Shown here piece after piece: positions 30,754 through 40,368 of a DNA stretch of 64,000 bases (position 1 is the stretch's first letter; each line of letters opens with the position of its first letter). Both the position numbers and the translations under genes were made by a program. The notes beneath the pieces are model-generated. The model ran no database searches. It was not told the origin of the DNA and worked only from the letters and a program-made list of their open reading frames with translations. The stretch lies in the sequence record NC_048747.1; one strand, written 5' to 3'.

Positions 30754-31101
30754 TTATGCGTCTGGGTTTTGTAGGCCAGTTACTTCAGTGATCATTTGGT
30801 TGATCTCATCAGTGTCTTCTTCTGTTTCGTCAGAATCACCTGAGAACAGACGACCAATACCTTTGAATACAGCAGAAGCGATTGTGCCACCTGCAATCAT
30901 GCTCGCGCCGTAGATTACTGCATCGGTAGTAGAGAAGTCTTGTTCTTCATCAATCTGTATTGTAGCTGTATGTAGGCCACCAGTCACTGCGTGGTAACCA
31001 GCGATGGCATGAGAGTCAAATACTTTCTCAGCGATTACTGTGTTAGTTACTGTAGCTAGACCAGATGCGATGCGTGCTTTGTTAGTTTTAGAAATTTCCA
31101 T
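30754..31101 (-). CDS. Small early protein with hydrophobic segments and acidic tail
   Basis: AAGGA RBS; own promoter and terminator. Confidence 0.8.
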   Translation of the reverse strand: MEISKTNKARIASGLATVTNTVIAEKVFDSHAIAGYHAVTGGLHTATIQIDEEQDFSTTDAVIYGASMIAGGTIASAVFKGIGRLFSGDSDETEEDTDEINQMITEVTGLQNPDA

Positions 31102-31166
31102 GATAGTGTTCCTTATTAAAGGTTAATTAAATTTAAGTGTGATGTATATACCTATGTCTATACACC

Positions 31167-31186
31167 TAGACTATATAGATCTGAAA
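31167..31186 (-). promoter_or_regulatory. Putative early promoter
   Basis: TTTCAGATCTATATAGTCTA. Confidence 0.7.
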
Positions 31187-31214
31187 TTAACTGTATGTTA
31201 AAAAATAACTAAAT

Positions 31215-31246
31215 AAACTCCATCACCCGTTAAGGTGATGGAGTTT
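31215..31246 (-). terminator. Intrinsic terminator
   Basis: 13-bp stem aaactccatcacc/ggtgatggagttt with a U-rich tail on the mRNA. Confidence 0.8.
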
Positions 31247-31264
31247 AACTTACTGACGTTGTTA

Positions 31265-31825
31265 TTAGCTGTACGTGCGGCTGAAGTAGTTCTGTAGGTT
31301 TTGCGCTACCTTAGGGTGATAACCTTTGGTTAGCATTACAATGTCTACTTGACGGCCCACGCGATGACGATCTTTTAAGTTACGACCTAACGTAACAATG
31401 GCAGAAAGTAAAGCCATGTGTTTTTGCAAGTACTGTTCTTTCTTAGCACGCTTCACTTCCGGATGCTGAGTGTGAACAAACAGACGGTCCATAGCAAAGG
31501 CTTTAGGTTCACGACGAACAGAGTTGACCATGTAATCCATTACCGTAGTAAAGATTGCGTAGTCTTCTTTAAGCGTGTCGTCTAAAGCTTGCATGAAGTT
31601 AAGTTGTTCTTCACCGTACTTCTCAGAAGGCACGTTGCGACGACCTGCAAGTAAAGTGATAAACTTATCTACTTTCTCTAGCAAGATTTTAGCACCCGGT
31701 TCTTCGATAGCTTTAAACTTCTCTGATTCCGTTGCTTTAGGAAGTTCTTCTTCCACGGCTGTAACTTCTTTTGTTTCGACTTGCTCGAATACTTGTTCTT
31801 CTACTGGGGGTGTATACTTACCCAT
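31265..31825 (-). CDS. Conserved hypothetical protein (186 aa)
   Basis: ORF track; GAGG RBS. Confidence 0.75.
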   Translation of the reverse strand: MGKYTPPVEEQVFEQVETKEVTAVEEELPKATESEKFKAIEEPGAKILLEKVDKFITLLAGRRNVPSEKYGEEQLNFMQALDDTLKEDYAIFTTVMDYMVNSVRREPKAFAMDRLFVHTQHPEVKRAKKEQYLQKHMALLSAIVTLGRNLKDRHRVGRQVDIVMLTKGYHPKVAQNLQNYFSRTYS

Positions 31826-31870
31826 GATGATACCTCGTGGTTGTTTACGATTAGCATAGAATTGTGGAAA

Positions 31871-31900
31871 TAACGCCTGCCCTCGTAAGGACAGACGTTA
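31871..31900 (-). terminator. Terminator-like hairpin
   Basis: TAACGTCTGTCCT-TACG-AGGGCAGGCGTTA after the 31908 stop. Confidence 0.65.
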
Positions 31901-31907
31901 GTTTATA

Positions 31908-32348
31908 TTACCCGCTGGATAGATCTACTCGACTGAGTTCAGCCAGTTGTTGTTCCAGATCGTGCTGCTCTCCGGATTTAGGTTGAGAGTTGTTTTGTCG
32001 CTGTCTGAGTTGGTTTAACTCTTCAGCGCCTTTTCTCATCCCTTTGACAATCTCTGAAGCTACTTTAGGGGACATATTCAAATACGTATTAAGGTCACCA
32101 AAGATTTCCTTTAGTTCGTAAAACGCATAAGTTCTAGCTCTAGACTGAATTGACCACGGATGTTCAAAGTCATAACTGTCGTCATAGAGTTTAATGTCAT
32201 CCCCAGGTTCTGGACAATTCTCCAACTGACCGTAACCTGCACGGTACAACATCAGTGCTATGGTTTGATGTTGTACCTCACCTATACCTGAGGGATCAAT
32301 ATTAGAGATTCTCTCACGGTATACGTGGTACAGGTTATCGGTTAACAC
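31908..32348 (-). CDS. Putative tail/baseplate assembly chaperone, downstream part; likely reached by -1 frameshift
   Basis: GTG start without an evident SD; frame open upstream to 32444, past the slippery site; ELKEIFGDLNTYLNMSPK resembles T-type chaperone tails. Confidence 0.55.
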   Translation of the reverse strand: MLTDNLYHVYRERISNIDPSGIGEVQHQTIALMLYRAGYGQLENCPEPGDDIKLYDDSYDFEHPWSIQSRARTYAFYELKEIFGDLNTYLNMSPKVASEIVKGMRKGAEELNQLRQRQNNSQPKSGEQHDLEQQLAELSRVDLSSG

Positions 32349-32356
32349 CCCTGGTA

Positions 32357-33982
32357 TTAAAGGGTGTCTGGTGCGATTATCCCGCGGTTCACCGCTCGGA
32401 CGGAAATCGTTTGGCGGGTCAGGATGAAAAAACTCATGAATGGGTCAATAGGAGTAATCCCATGTGAAGTGTGACCACCGTGAGTATCTTTACCACACTT
32501 AGGACACACCGAGTTACTCATACCCACTACAGTTGAACTCATCTCAGGACCGTGTTCCACACACCAATGGATCAGCTTACGGGTTACGTCGTCTGACTCA
32601 TCAATGATAGGTAGTAAGCCGTTAAAGAAACCGACTGGGTCTTCACGTCGAGTAAAGACTTCTGGTTCTTCATCCGAACCTGCTTCAGGGAAGATGGTGA
32701 GTTTAGAACACCAGTGCATGTACTCTAGACCACGAACCGTGTCAATCAATACCGTGAGTTTCTTTTCGTACTCTTGGTCGTTCATGGTATCCGTACGGAT
32801 ATCACGTAGTGTAGGTTGGATGTAATCCATAAACACGTCAAACGCACAGAAGTATTCACTCAGTGACGGTTGGGCAAACTCTAGGCGGTGTGTATCGTCG
32901 TGGAAGTCAATGTGATCTTTCTCCACAAACTTAGATTGATCTTGTAACGCCAGTACTTCTTCAAAAGTGTGCTTAACGGCAAAGTTCTTCAGACTACCTA
33001 ACGCTGCGGCCTGTTCATCACTAAGCAACGTCTTATCATGCCAGAGCATGGTAACAGGATCCGCCTTAACGTAATCTACCCAGTCACAACCATTCTGGTT
33101 ACAGTAAAGTTGGATCGGCAATCCGTCTTCTGCTAGCTCCGCCATCATATCAACAAACAGTGCTCGGATGTCAGACAGTTTTATTAGACGAGCTAAGTCG
33201 CGTGGATCATCAACATCAGAGACTGAATGACTGGTGATTTTCTCACTGATGTAATTCCAGAACACACGGTAAATAGAAGCACGAATCAGAGTCATGGAGT
33301 TACCATTGAAGCTAGAAACGTAACCGTGAATCTCTTTGTTGATTTTGTCGATCACCTGACCTAACTCAATAATAGAGCTAGGTTCTAAACGAACTTGAAT
33401 GAACGAGTCACGCATAAGTACGTCGTAACCATTTGGAGTACGACTCTTACGCTGAGAACTACGCTGCATGCGTTCCGCCAATGCAGTGGCTTCATTCTTA
33501 GCACCTGGGTAACGTGGAACAATATCCCCTTCTTCTTTACCGTCAGCAAAGACAGATAGGTTTTCCCATGGGCGGTCTTTCAGCATTGGGTTGCGGAAGT
33601 AAGACAACTCTACTAGGTTACGATGGAAGCTCAAGAAATTAGACATCATTACTTCTAATTCTTCTTCCGTTTTACCTGGGTGTTGTTCCTTAGCTAATTC
33701 TTCGTATTGTTTCTTATAACGAGTGATCTCAGCTTTGGTCGCTTTGCCTTCTGACAACGCTGACTGGTAACGAGCCCAAGATAACGCTAAACGCATAGTA
33801 GGTTCGAAGTTAGCTTTACTTGTACCTAGTAGGATGTTGAAAATTGCACTGCCTTCTTCAAGCTCCGCTGTATTTGGAAGAGCCGGATTAACCGACTCCT
33901 TCATCGTGGTGTTCTCTGGTGTGTGTTTTTCACGCAAAGAAGGGCGTTTAATTTCTTTTGACTCTTCAGTCATCTTATTCAC
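32357..33982 (-). CDS. Putative baseplate hub/tail assembly chaperone with Cys pairs
   Basis: CNQNGC and CPKCG motifs; PIDPFMSFF near the C-terminus, reminiscent of T4 gp26/gp51-type proteins. Confidence 0.55.
   Translation of the reverse strand: MNKMTEESKEIKRPSLREKHTPENTTMKESVNPALPNTAELEEGSAIFNILLGTSKANFEPTMRLALSWARYQSALSEGKATKAEITRYKKQYEELAKEQHPGKTEEELEVMMSNFLSFHRNLVELSYFRNPMLKDRPWENLSVFADGKEEGDIVPRYPGAKNEATALAERMQRSSQRKSRTPNGYDVLMRDSFIQVRLEPSSIIELGQVIDKINKEIHGYVSSFNGNSMTLIRASIYRVFWNYISEKITSHSVSDVDDPRDLARLIKLSDIRALFVDMMAELAEDGLPIQLYCNQNGCDWVDYVKADPVTMLWHDKTLLSDEQAAALGSLKNFAVKHTFEEVLALQDQSKFVEKDHIDFHDDTHRLEFAQPSLSEYFCAFDVFMDYIQPTLRDIRTDTMNDQEYEKKLTVLIDTVRGLEYMHWCSKLTIFPEAGSDEEPEVFTRREDPVGFFNGLLPIIDESDDVTRKLIHWCVEHGPEMSSTVVGMSNSVCPKCGKDTHGGHTSHGITPIDPFMSFFILTRQTISVRAVNRGIIAPDTL
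32426..32432 (-). other. Candidate -1 programmed ribosomal frameshift site U_UUU_UUC
   Basis: mRNA AUG AGU UUU UUC; the -1 frame continues without a stop into ORF 31908..32348. Confidence 0.65.
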
Positions 33983-34739
33983 CTTTTACTTTCACTAGTT
34001 CTCCTACACGCTCCAAGTGGATTTCACGAGAAACGTCGTAGAGGTTACTTTTACCTAAGATTTCACCAACGAACTTGATGTCGTCGTTAATAAGCTCGGT
34101 GTGTGGTTCAGCTAACTCGATTAACGGTGTGATGATTTCTTCACTGTCTTCTTGGTAGCTCAACAGCGTAGGGATTAAACGCTCACCTAAGACTTCGTTA
34201 TCCAGAATTGCTTGGTGTTGTTTCTCTTCATCGAGTCCACGGATGCTTTCGAAAGCATCCAGTACCGCAGTTGCGTTATTGATGTATTTCAATACCGCTG
34301 CATCTAACGCGTCCATCTTAGCGGTAAGCGCTTCAGTCAACACAAGTTTTTCTTGTTCTACCAAAGAGTGTAAGGTTGCTACCAGTGCGTGCGGACGGAT
34401 GTAGTGGTTTAGACCTTCACAAAGCAGGTTAGTCATGCCATCTAGGTCCAGTGGTGTAACTGTGTTACCTTCTTTCTCAAAAGACTTCATAGCGTCTTTC
34501 TGCAACTGGCGGGGCAATGTACTGAACACTTTCCAGAATTTCTCTTTTGCTTCTTTCTTCATCTCATCACTCATAGCGTGTTCGCCACCGAGTGTGTCAT
34601 TGAGTTCTTGAAGTAGCATTTGGTCTTTTAATAAGCGTCTTTCTTGAGCGTCTTTTAAACGCTGCTTGCTTTTAGACGCCTGCACATTACGTTGACGCTG
34701 TTTACGTTTTGCCTGTTTATGTTTGCTAATTTTTGGCAT
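33975..34739 (-). CDS. Hypothetical protein with very basic N-terminus
   Basis: MPKISKHKQAKRKQRQRN...; helical acidic body. Confidence 0.75.
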   Translation of the reverse strand: MPKISKHKQAKRKQRQRNVQASKSKQRLKDAQERRLLKDQMLLQELNDTLGGEHAMSDEMKKEAKEKFWKVFSTLPRQLQKDAMKSFEKEGNTVTPLDLDGMTNLLCEGLNHYIRPHALVATLHSLVEQEKLVLTEALTAKMDALDAAVLKYINNATAVLDAFESIRGLDEEKQHQAILDNEVLGERLIPTLLSYQEDSEEIITPLIELAEPHTELINDDIKFVGEILGKSNLYDVSREIHLERVGELVKVKGE

Positions 34740-34768
34740 TTTATGTTCCTTCTGATTAAGAGGTTATT

Positions 34769-35686
34769 ATGAACGATACTATCCCTGCGGTGGACTTAAC
34801 CAACGTGGATTTATTAACTAAAGACTTGGGTGAACCTTGGATTAATTTCACTAAAGTAATCACCCCAGAAAACGCGGAGCTCATTCAACGAGTCTACACA
34901 CTGTTAGTTTTAGCAGATGAAGAGAATGTACTGGTCTCAACCATCGCTAACATTTTGAGTGATGACGACTCAGCAGTCGTTGAACAAAAAGCAGTCATAC
35001 TTGAGCTCCTGCTAAACAATATAATTGAACAACTGGTTAAGTTTGGCATCACAATCGATTTAGAATACGTTGAGGCTAATAAGTTGGACACGCTGTACCA
35101 AATTACAGATGTGATCTACTTGCTTAACGGTTATGAGGATTTACAGAGTCTGAGTGAAGTTTTAGAACAACGAGACCTTGCTCCTAAAGATCGCTTTATT
35201 GAAGTCTTCCGTAAACTCTACGACTACGAGCCAAGCACACCTATTATTGAAGACTTGGAATACTTGATTTTAGAGTGTAGCGAATACTTGATGGAAACTT
35301 TACGCATCAGCCTAATCGTGTCTGATGGTACTCCGGATGTCCCTGAGTTCGTTAAACTGCGCATTAAGACCAACGTAGCATTCCTAGAAGGTACCGTCGC
35401 CGCTAAACACGTTCGTAACAACGGTCAGCTTGGGATGGGCTTTTTAACGCTCCTAGGGTTCTACGCTTTGGAATTAGACGCTGCCATGAAAACGTCTCCA
35501 GAACATTACATTAAGGAGTTGTTTGGGTTCTCTTTGATCAGTGAAACTCCTAACGATAAGTTCTGGGATCAAATTAAACAAGTGATTGAAGAAAACGTAG
35601 AAGAAGTTACGTTACTTTACCGAGCGGAACGTTTGGCTGAAGAAATCATGTTACCCGAAGGAGTGAAAGATGATCACCAAGCATGA
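34769..35686 (+). CDS. Virion protein, phiKZ gp79-like
   Basis: 305 aa, directly upstream of and overlapping the virion RNAP beta' gene; synteny. Confidence 0.55.
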   Translation: MNDTIPAVDLTNVDLLTKDLGEPWINFTKVITPENAELIQRVYTLLVLADEENVLVSTIANILSDDDSAVVEQKAVILELLLNNIIEQLVKFGITIDLEYVEANKLDTLYQITDVIYLLNGYEDLQSLSEVLEQRDLAPKDRFIEVFRKLYDYEPSTPIIEDLEYLILECSEYLMETLRISLIVSDGTPDVPEFVKLRIKTNVAFLEGTVAAKHVRNNGQLGMGFLTLLGFYALELDAAMKTSPEHYIKELFGFSLISETPNDKFWDQIKQVIEENVEEVTLLYRAERLAEEIMLPEGVKDDHQA

Positions 35687-36971
35687 GTACCTTAAACTCT
35701 GTTTTCAATCTCGATGTTATCAGAAAAAAGCATGGTTGCTGAGTGTCTTTACAAAGTTGTCAGATGATGAAGCCACCGACCGTATCCTGAGTAAGATCAA
35801 GTACGCACTTTATCGAGACGGGGATGGATTCTACTTCTATAAAGACGATGGCACCACAGAACGCGTAGAAGGTGATTTAAGCACTCCTTTCTGTTATAAG
35901 GACGAACGCATCACTATCGACTCTGATTTTGATCCTAGGGTCGATGGGGAGCTAGAAACCACTATGGGTTTGTTATTGGTAAACCGTGTGGTGTTTTATG
36001 AGTCACTAAAAGACGCAGTACCTTATCATAACAAAGTGATGGGTGCGGGTGACGTAAAACGAATCATCAGCGAGGTGATGGTGGATAACCCGGAAGAAGG
36101 TGAAACGGTTCCTCCGGGTAAGTGCAGTGTTGACGATTGCCATAAGGTTACTAAGCAGTTCAACTACCTCATGGGTTTGAACAACGTCTTCTGTAAGGCA
36201 GCATCGATCCAAGCACTGACCGTTGATAAAGAACTGTTGGAGCTGAAGGCGAAGCTCCTTAAGGAAAACCCTGACGCCATCCACGATCCAATTAAAGCCG
36301 CATGGATTATCGATCAGTTAGTTGCCAAGGACATGGAGATTCAGCTTAACGGTGATTCCAAAGACTTCTTCATCAATAAGAAGTTTATTGATAACGCCCG
36401 TAAACGTATGTTTATTGCCTTTGGTGCTGAACAAGACTGGAATACAGGTGAGTGGACGTTCTTACATAAGTCATTGGATGACGGTTGGGATATGGAACAT
36501 CTCCACCAATACATCAACACTGCGATCGCGGGTTCTTACGACCGTGGTAAGGCAACCGGTGAAGGTGGTGCGGCGGTTAAGGACATCCAGCGTTTGACTT
36601 CCCGTATTACCATCCCTGAAGATGATTGTGGGACTAAGGTTTACGAGACAGTTCACGTTACGGAAGATCAAGTCAAGATGTGGACTGGGTGTTATTATGT
36701 GTTGGGTGAAGGCGGTGCGTTGAAACGCTGGACCGGTACAGAGAAAAACTTAGTGGGTCGTGACATTAAGTTCAGAACCCCTAATGTTTGTGTTACTAAA
36801 GAAGGTAACTACTGTAAGGTATGTGTGGGTGACGCGCTCTCAGACGCCGCTGACGCACTTTCAATGGAATGTTCTGACATTGCTACTGGATTCATGCTAC
36901 AGCGTATGAAAGGCATGCACACAAGCTCCATGTCGGTCAAGAACTTCACTTTGTCAGAACTCTTCGAATAA
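35670..36971 (+). CDS. rpoC: Virion RNA polymerase beta' C-terminal subunit (phiKZ gp80-like)
   Basis: SYDRGKATGEGG, EDDCGT, Zn site CVTKEGNYCKVCVG, QRMKGMH. Confidence 0.85.
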   Translation: MITKHEYLKLCFQSRCYQKKAWLLSVFTKLSDDEATDRILSKIKYALYRDGDGFYFYKDDGTTERVEGDLSTPFCYKDERITIDSDFDPRVDGELETTMGLLLVNRVVFYESLKDAVPYHNKVMGAGDVKRIISEVMVDNPEEGETVPPGKCSVDDCHKVTKQFNYLMGLNNVFCKAASIQALTVDKELLELKAKLLKENPDAIHDPIKAAWIIDQLVAKDMEIQLNGDSKDFFINKKFIDNARKRMFIAFGAEQDWNTGEWTFLHKSLDDGWDMEHLHQYINTAIAGSYDRGKATGEGGAAVKDIQRLTSRITIPEDDCGTKVYETVHVTEDQVKMWTGCYYVLGEGGALKRWTGTEKNLVGRDIKFRTPNVCVTKEGNYCKVCVGDALSDAADALSMECSDIATGFMLQRMKGMHTSSMSVKNFTLSELFE

Positions 36972-37100
36972 ACCTAACAGCGATTATATGGCACTTTGGT
37001 GTCTTTTTCTTTCTGATGGTTCCTTCACCTAATGTTTGGTAGGGATGTTTGGGGGCAGGCAGCGCCCCCTCTTTTTTTCAGAAAAAAAAATAAGAACAGT

Positions 37101-37136
37101 TATAACTCCGTACTCCCTGAGGAGTACGGAGTTATA
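37101..37136. terminator. Terminator between convergent units
   Basis: 16-bp perfect stem tataactccgtactcc/ggagtacggagttata; a second hairpin with T-run lies near 37050-37080. Confidence 0.85.
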
Positions 37137-37146
37137 TATGCATTCG

Positions 37147-37587
37147 TTATTTAAAGATAAATACGAAACCGCCATTCTGACCAGTGGTCCAAGTGAAGTC
37201 ACGAGGTACCGCAAAGTCTTGGTTAGCTAGAACGTTGATTTGGTCTGAGTTATCTGGGTTGCTTAGGAAAGCGTCAGTTACCAGTTCAAACAGATCTAGG
37301 ATGTCTGCCGTTAGTGATTTAAGCATCGATTGATGTTCTTCTTCAGTACGGTCTTCAGGACATTCACCTAGTACACGTTCAGCGAACTCTTCAATACGAG
37401 TCTCGTTGTCTTGCTCTGGATCGTAGTCTTCACCTTCTTCAATAGGCGGAGGACCAGCTAGATCGGTACGATGTTTGTTAGCCAGTTCTTCTAACACCAT
37501 GAGGAAGAAAGCAGTTTGAGTGTCGTAAGTTAGAATTTCGTTAACTTTAGTTAGTGCTGATGGTTCGCCCATTAGGTTGTATTGCAT
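37147..37587 (-). CDS. Small acidic hypothetical protein
   Basis: 146 aa, very Asp/Glu-rich; AGGA RBS. Confidence 0.75.
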   Translation of the reverse strand: MQYNLMGEPSALTKVNEILTYDTQTAFFLMVLEELANKHRTDLAGPPPIEEGEDYDPEQDNETRIEEFAERVLGECPEDRTEEEHQSMLKSLTADILDLFELVTDAFLSNPDNSDQINVLANQDFAVPRDFTWTTGQNGGFVFIFK

Positions 37588-37606
37588 GGGATGGTTCCTT
37601 TTTTAA

Positions 37607-38017
37607 TTATGAGTTGATTAACGATAGTGGAGAATTTACTAACAATATAATGTTAGCGTAGTTTTGCGATGTTTGAATCGAATGTATCTCTCCCATACCG
37701 TGTAAAGTAGTCAGGGTGTTGACGGAGTCGTAGTTTTGTGGACTAGTGATTAAGTCTTCCAAGAAAGAGTTTAATCCACCGTAAGTTTCATCGAAAGCAT
37801 TACTGTAGGACTCGGGTCCGTTCATGCCTTCGTATTCATCCATAACGGTACTGACGACGCCGGATAAAATGGTTGGTTGGTACGAACCATACACAAAGAT
37901 GTCGTGTAGTGCGATCTCTATGGTGCGCAAATAACACTCATGTGAAATGTGTTCGTTATTGGGTAACAAATAAAAGAAAGGTACCGTTAGGTACCTTGGG
38001 TTGTTGGTTGATTCCAT
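37607..38017 (-). CDS. Small acidic hypothetical protein
   Basis: 136 aa; overlaps the upstream gene. Confidence 0.7.
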   Translation of the reverse strand: MESTNNPRYLTVPFFYLLPNNEHISHECYLRTIEIALHDIFVYGSYQPTILSGVVSTVMDEYEGMNGPESYSNAFDETYGGLNSFLEDLITSPQNYDSVNTLTTLHGMGEIHSIQTSQNYANIILLVNSPLSLINS

Positions 38018-38430
38018 AAGGCAGCTCCAGGTGGGTTAAGTACGATTCGCACTAACCCCCATTGATCTGAGATTTTTACTACTTCGACGTCTTTTACATT
38101 AAGCATATAAACTGAGCGAAGTTCTTGGTGGTCCCCCAACACGATGTTAAGTAGATCTTTAGCGTTATCCAGAGTTTCGAAGTATCGGTTCTCTATATCC
38201 GCTAGGACGGCATAATCACTTATGTCCTCGTGGTATCTCGGGTCGTAGAGCTCCAAGACTGAATCTACCGCTATTCCTAGATCGTCATGAATCTCTTCCG
38301 GGTTCATTTTAGTGGAAATTAATAACGAACAAAGATGATCTAAAACAGCATCGAAAGCATCGTCGGGGTAACCCCATTGATTGTCAATGTTTACAAAAAT
38401 ACTTTTGGGGGTATTATCCTTGAACGTCAT
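37987..38430 (-). CDS. Small acidic hypothetical protein
   Basis: 147 aa; AGGA RBS. Confidence 0.75.
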   Translation of the reverse strand: MTFKDNTPKSIFVNIDNQWGYPDDAFDAVLDHLCSLLISTKMNPEEIHDDLGIAVDSVLELYDPRYHEDISDYAVLADIENRYFETLDNAKDLLNIVLGDHQELRSVYMLNVKDVEVVKISDQWGLVRIVLNPPGAALWNQPTTQGT

Positions 38431-38438
38431 TGAGGTTC

Positions 38439-38762
38439 CTATTGAGGTTGAAAGGTTAACGATATGAACTGCTTAGCGACCTTGAAGTCACTTAGTTCAT
38501 AGTCTTCCGAATAATTGCGAATTAACTGCTCTCCAAACAAACGACCTTCTTCTTCGGTCTTAAGCAAAGCATGGAGGCTTTCCAATAACTCTGCTTTCCA
38601 GTCAGGAACTACATCGTGAATGATCTTTGACTCTGTGGCGTTTGGATGGTCTTCAAGGAATAAATTAGCTAAAAGCTTTAATGAGTTGTCTTCCTTGAAT
38701 AACGAATAATACGTTACGTTGATTGAAAGGTTTAAATTAATTTTTCTGTTCTGTTCTGACAT
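38439..38762 (-). CDS. Small acidic hypothetical protein
   Basis: 107 aa; AGGAG RBS; promoter motif just upstream. Confidence 0.75.
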   Translation of the reverse strand: MSEQNRKINLNLSINVTYYSLFKEDNSLKLLANLFLEDHPNATESKIIHDVVPDWKAELLESLHALLKTEEEGRLFGEQLIRNYSEDYELSDFKVAKQFISLTFQPQ

Positions 38763-38783
38763 GTTCGTTCTCCTGTAAACACT

Positions 38784-38821
38784 TAGATAATATCGACCTG
38801 AAATTACTTCAGGTCGATATT
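38784..38821 (-). promoter_or_regulatory. Putative early promoter overlapping a 14-bp terminator-like palindrome
   Basis: TTTCAGGTCGATATTATCTA (38803-38784) shares sequence with the stem aatatcgacctgaa/ttcaggtcgatatt (38789-38821). Confidence 0.55.
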
Positions 38822-38827
38822 AGTTGG

Positions 38828-40360
38828 CTAAGTAATGTGGTGGAAGGAATTAATGTTGCGGTGAGATTTAGATTTCACAGCAAATAGTTGTTTGCGTTTT
38901 TGGTGGTACTCTTTCTGTTTAGGAATCGAGCTACACACAAAGTACACAAATTTAGGACTATCACCCGGGTAGTTCTTCAACGGTCGCGTACGACCTAACA
39001 TCTGGTCGTTGCGTTGTCTAGATGAACAAGCGTATGGACTGAATGCTACCGCCAAGTCTGGGATGTCTTTACCGGTACCACAAGACTGAGGTGTGGTAAA
39101 GACGACTTGGTGTTCCATGTAGGACATTTCCGTCTCTTTGTTCTTAGACTCCGTATTAGTGAACTTCCAGATATCCATATCCGGATACGCTTCCTCAAAG
39201 TCCTCTTTCATCCGAGTTGCCATTTCCACGGTACTGAAGAACCACAGACACTTCTGACCTTCCTTATGGTCATTCACGTAGAATTCTTCAAAAGCTTGTT
39301 TACACAAGTCTAGGTACTGGGAATACAACTTAGGTGATTTGAGTATGGCTTGTTCATACTTAACATGAGAGTAACCGCCAAACCCTTTGGTGTTGATACG
39401 GTATTTCTGCATGTCGATATAGTGATGGTACGCTACTACATCGATGAACTTTTTATACTCAGGTTCTTTGAGTCGCATTGCAGGTGGATAAACGTAACGA
39501 TAGATGTCGTTAACGAATGGATCATCAGCCTTTAATGTAGCAGAGAGTGCAATGGTTTTCTCAAAGTTACCAAACAACATGGACATGTAAACACGATAGA
39601 TATCTTCGTGTGCTTCATCCATGATACGAAGACCAATCTCCATGTCTGAGAAAACGTCATCTAGACACGGAATGTCTTCTTCACGCTCACGCTTGAGGTA
39701 GGTATCGTAACGAGTTAACGGGAGTATAATAATCTTTGGATCAGCTTTACCTTCTTTAATAGTCTCGGCAGCTTCCTCAATCTTACCATTCCCCACCAAC
39801 ATGATATCCTCGGGGTCCAACTCCACCGACTGACCTAACGACTCAAACCAGATAGACACGTAACGAGGCAAACACGTAATGAGTGTTCGCTTATTCGTGT
39901 TCACCATGGTGTGGGTCGCCATAAAGGTCTTCCCGTCGCCTGTCTGGGCGTTGTTAACCTTTACTGGACCATCGGCTAGTTGATACTCACACCAGTCTTC
40001 CTGATGCGGTCTAGGAGCTCCCCATCCCTCTTTCCATTTAAACTCAACGTCTTTCCCTTTAATAACCGGTTCGTCTTTTATCTTGACACGAGATTGCTTG
40101 TAACCGACCCCTTCCATAAACTGAATGAAGTCATCAAGTAAACCCGCGGAGATGCGAAACTCACTACGGTCATTATTCAAACGAGCAAAAGAATGAGTAA
40201 CTACGGTACGTTTTTGTCGGGTCCCCGGAATGGGAACCTGACCTAAACGGTATAAGCGCCGACGACAAAACGGCATAATGACGTCTTGAACAAACGGCGC
40301 TTTGTAGTCTGTTATTCTTAGGTAAGTCCCGCCCTTCCACACGGTCACAGTAGAGCGCAT
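38828..40360 (-). CDS. Superfamily 2 helicase (phiKZ gp75-like)
   Basis: Walker A NAQTGDGKT, DEAH, motif III SAT, motif VI QMLGRTRP. Confidence 0.9.
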   Translation of the reverse strand: MRSTVTVWKGGTYLRITDYKAPFVQDVIMPFCRRRLYRLGQVPIPGTRQKRTVVTHSFARLNNDRSEFRISAGLLDDFIQFMEGVGYKQSRVKIKDEPVIKGKDVEFKWKEGWGAPRPHQEDWCEYQLADGPVKVNNAQTGDGKTFMATHTMVNTNKRTLITCLPRYVSIWFESLGQSVELDPEDIMLVGNGKIEEAAETIKEGKADPKIIILPLTRYDTYLKREREEDIPCLDDVFSDMEIGLRIMDEAHEDIYRVYMSMLFGNFEKTIALSATLKADDPFVNDIYRYVYPPAMRLKEPEYKKFIDVVAYHHYIDMQKYRINTKGFGGYSHVKYEQAILKSPKLYSQYLDLCKQAFEEFYVNDHKEGQKCLWFFSTVEMATRMKEDFEEAYPDMDIWKFTNTESKNKETEMSYMEHQVVFTTPQSCGTGKDIPDLAVAFSPYACSSRQRNDQMLGRTRPLKNYPGDSPKFVYFVCSSIPKQKEYHQKRKQLFAVKSKSHRNINSFHHIT

Positions 40361-40368
40361 GTCACCTC

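Noticed and set aside
37029-37230. Two opposing ORFs of about 60 aa in the convergent junction
   Set aside because: They run through two terminator hairpins and poly-A/T tracts
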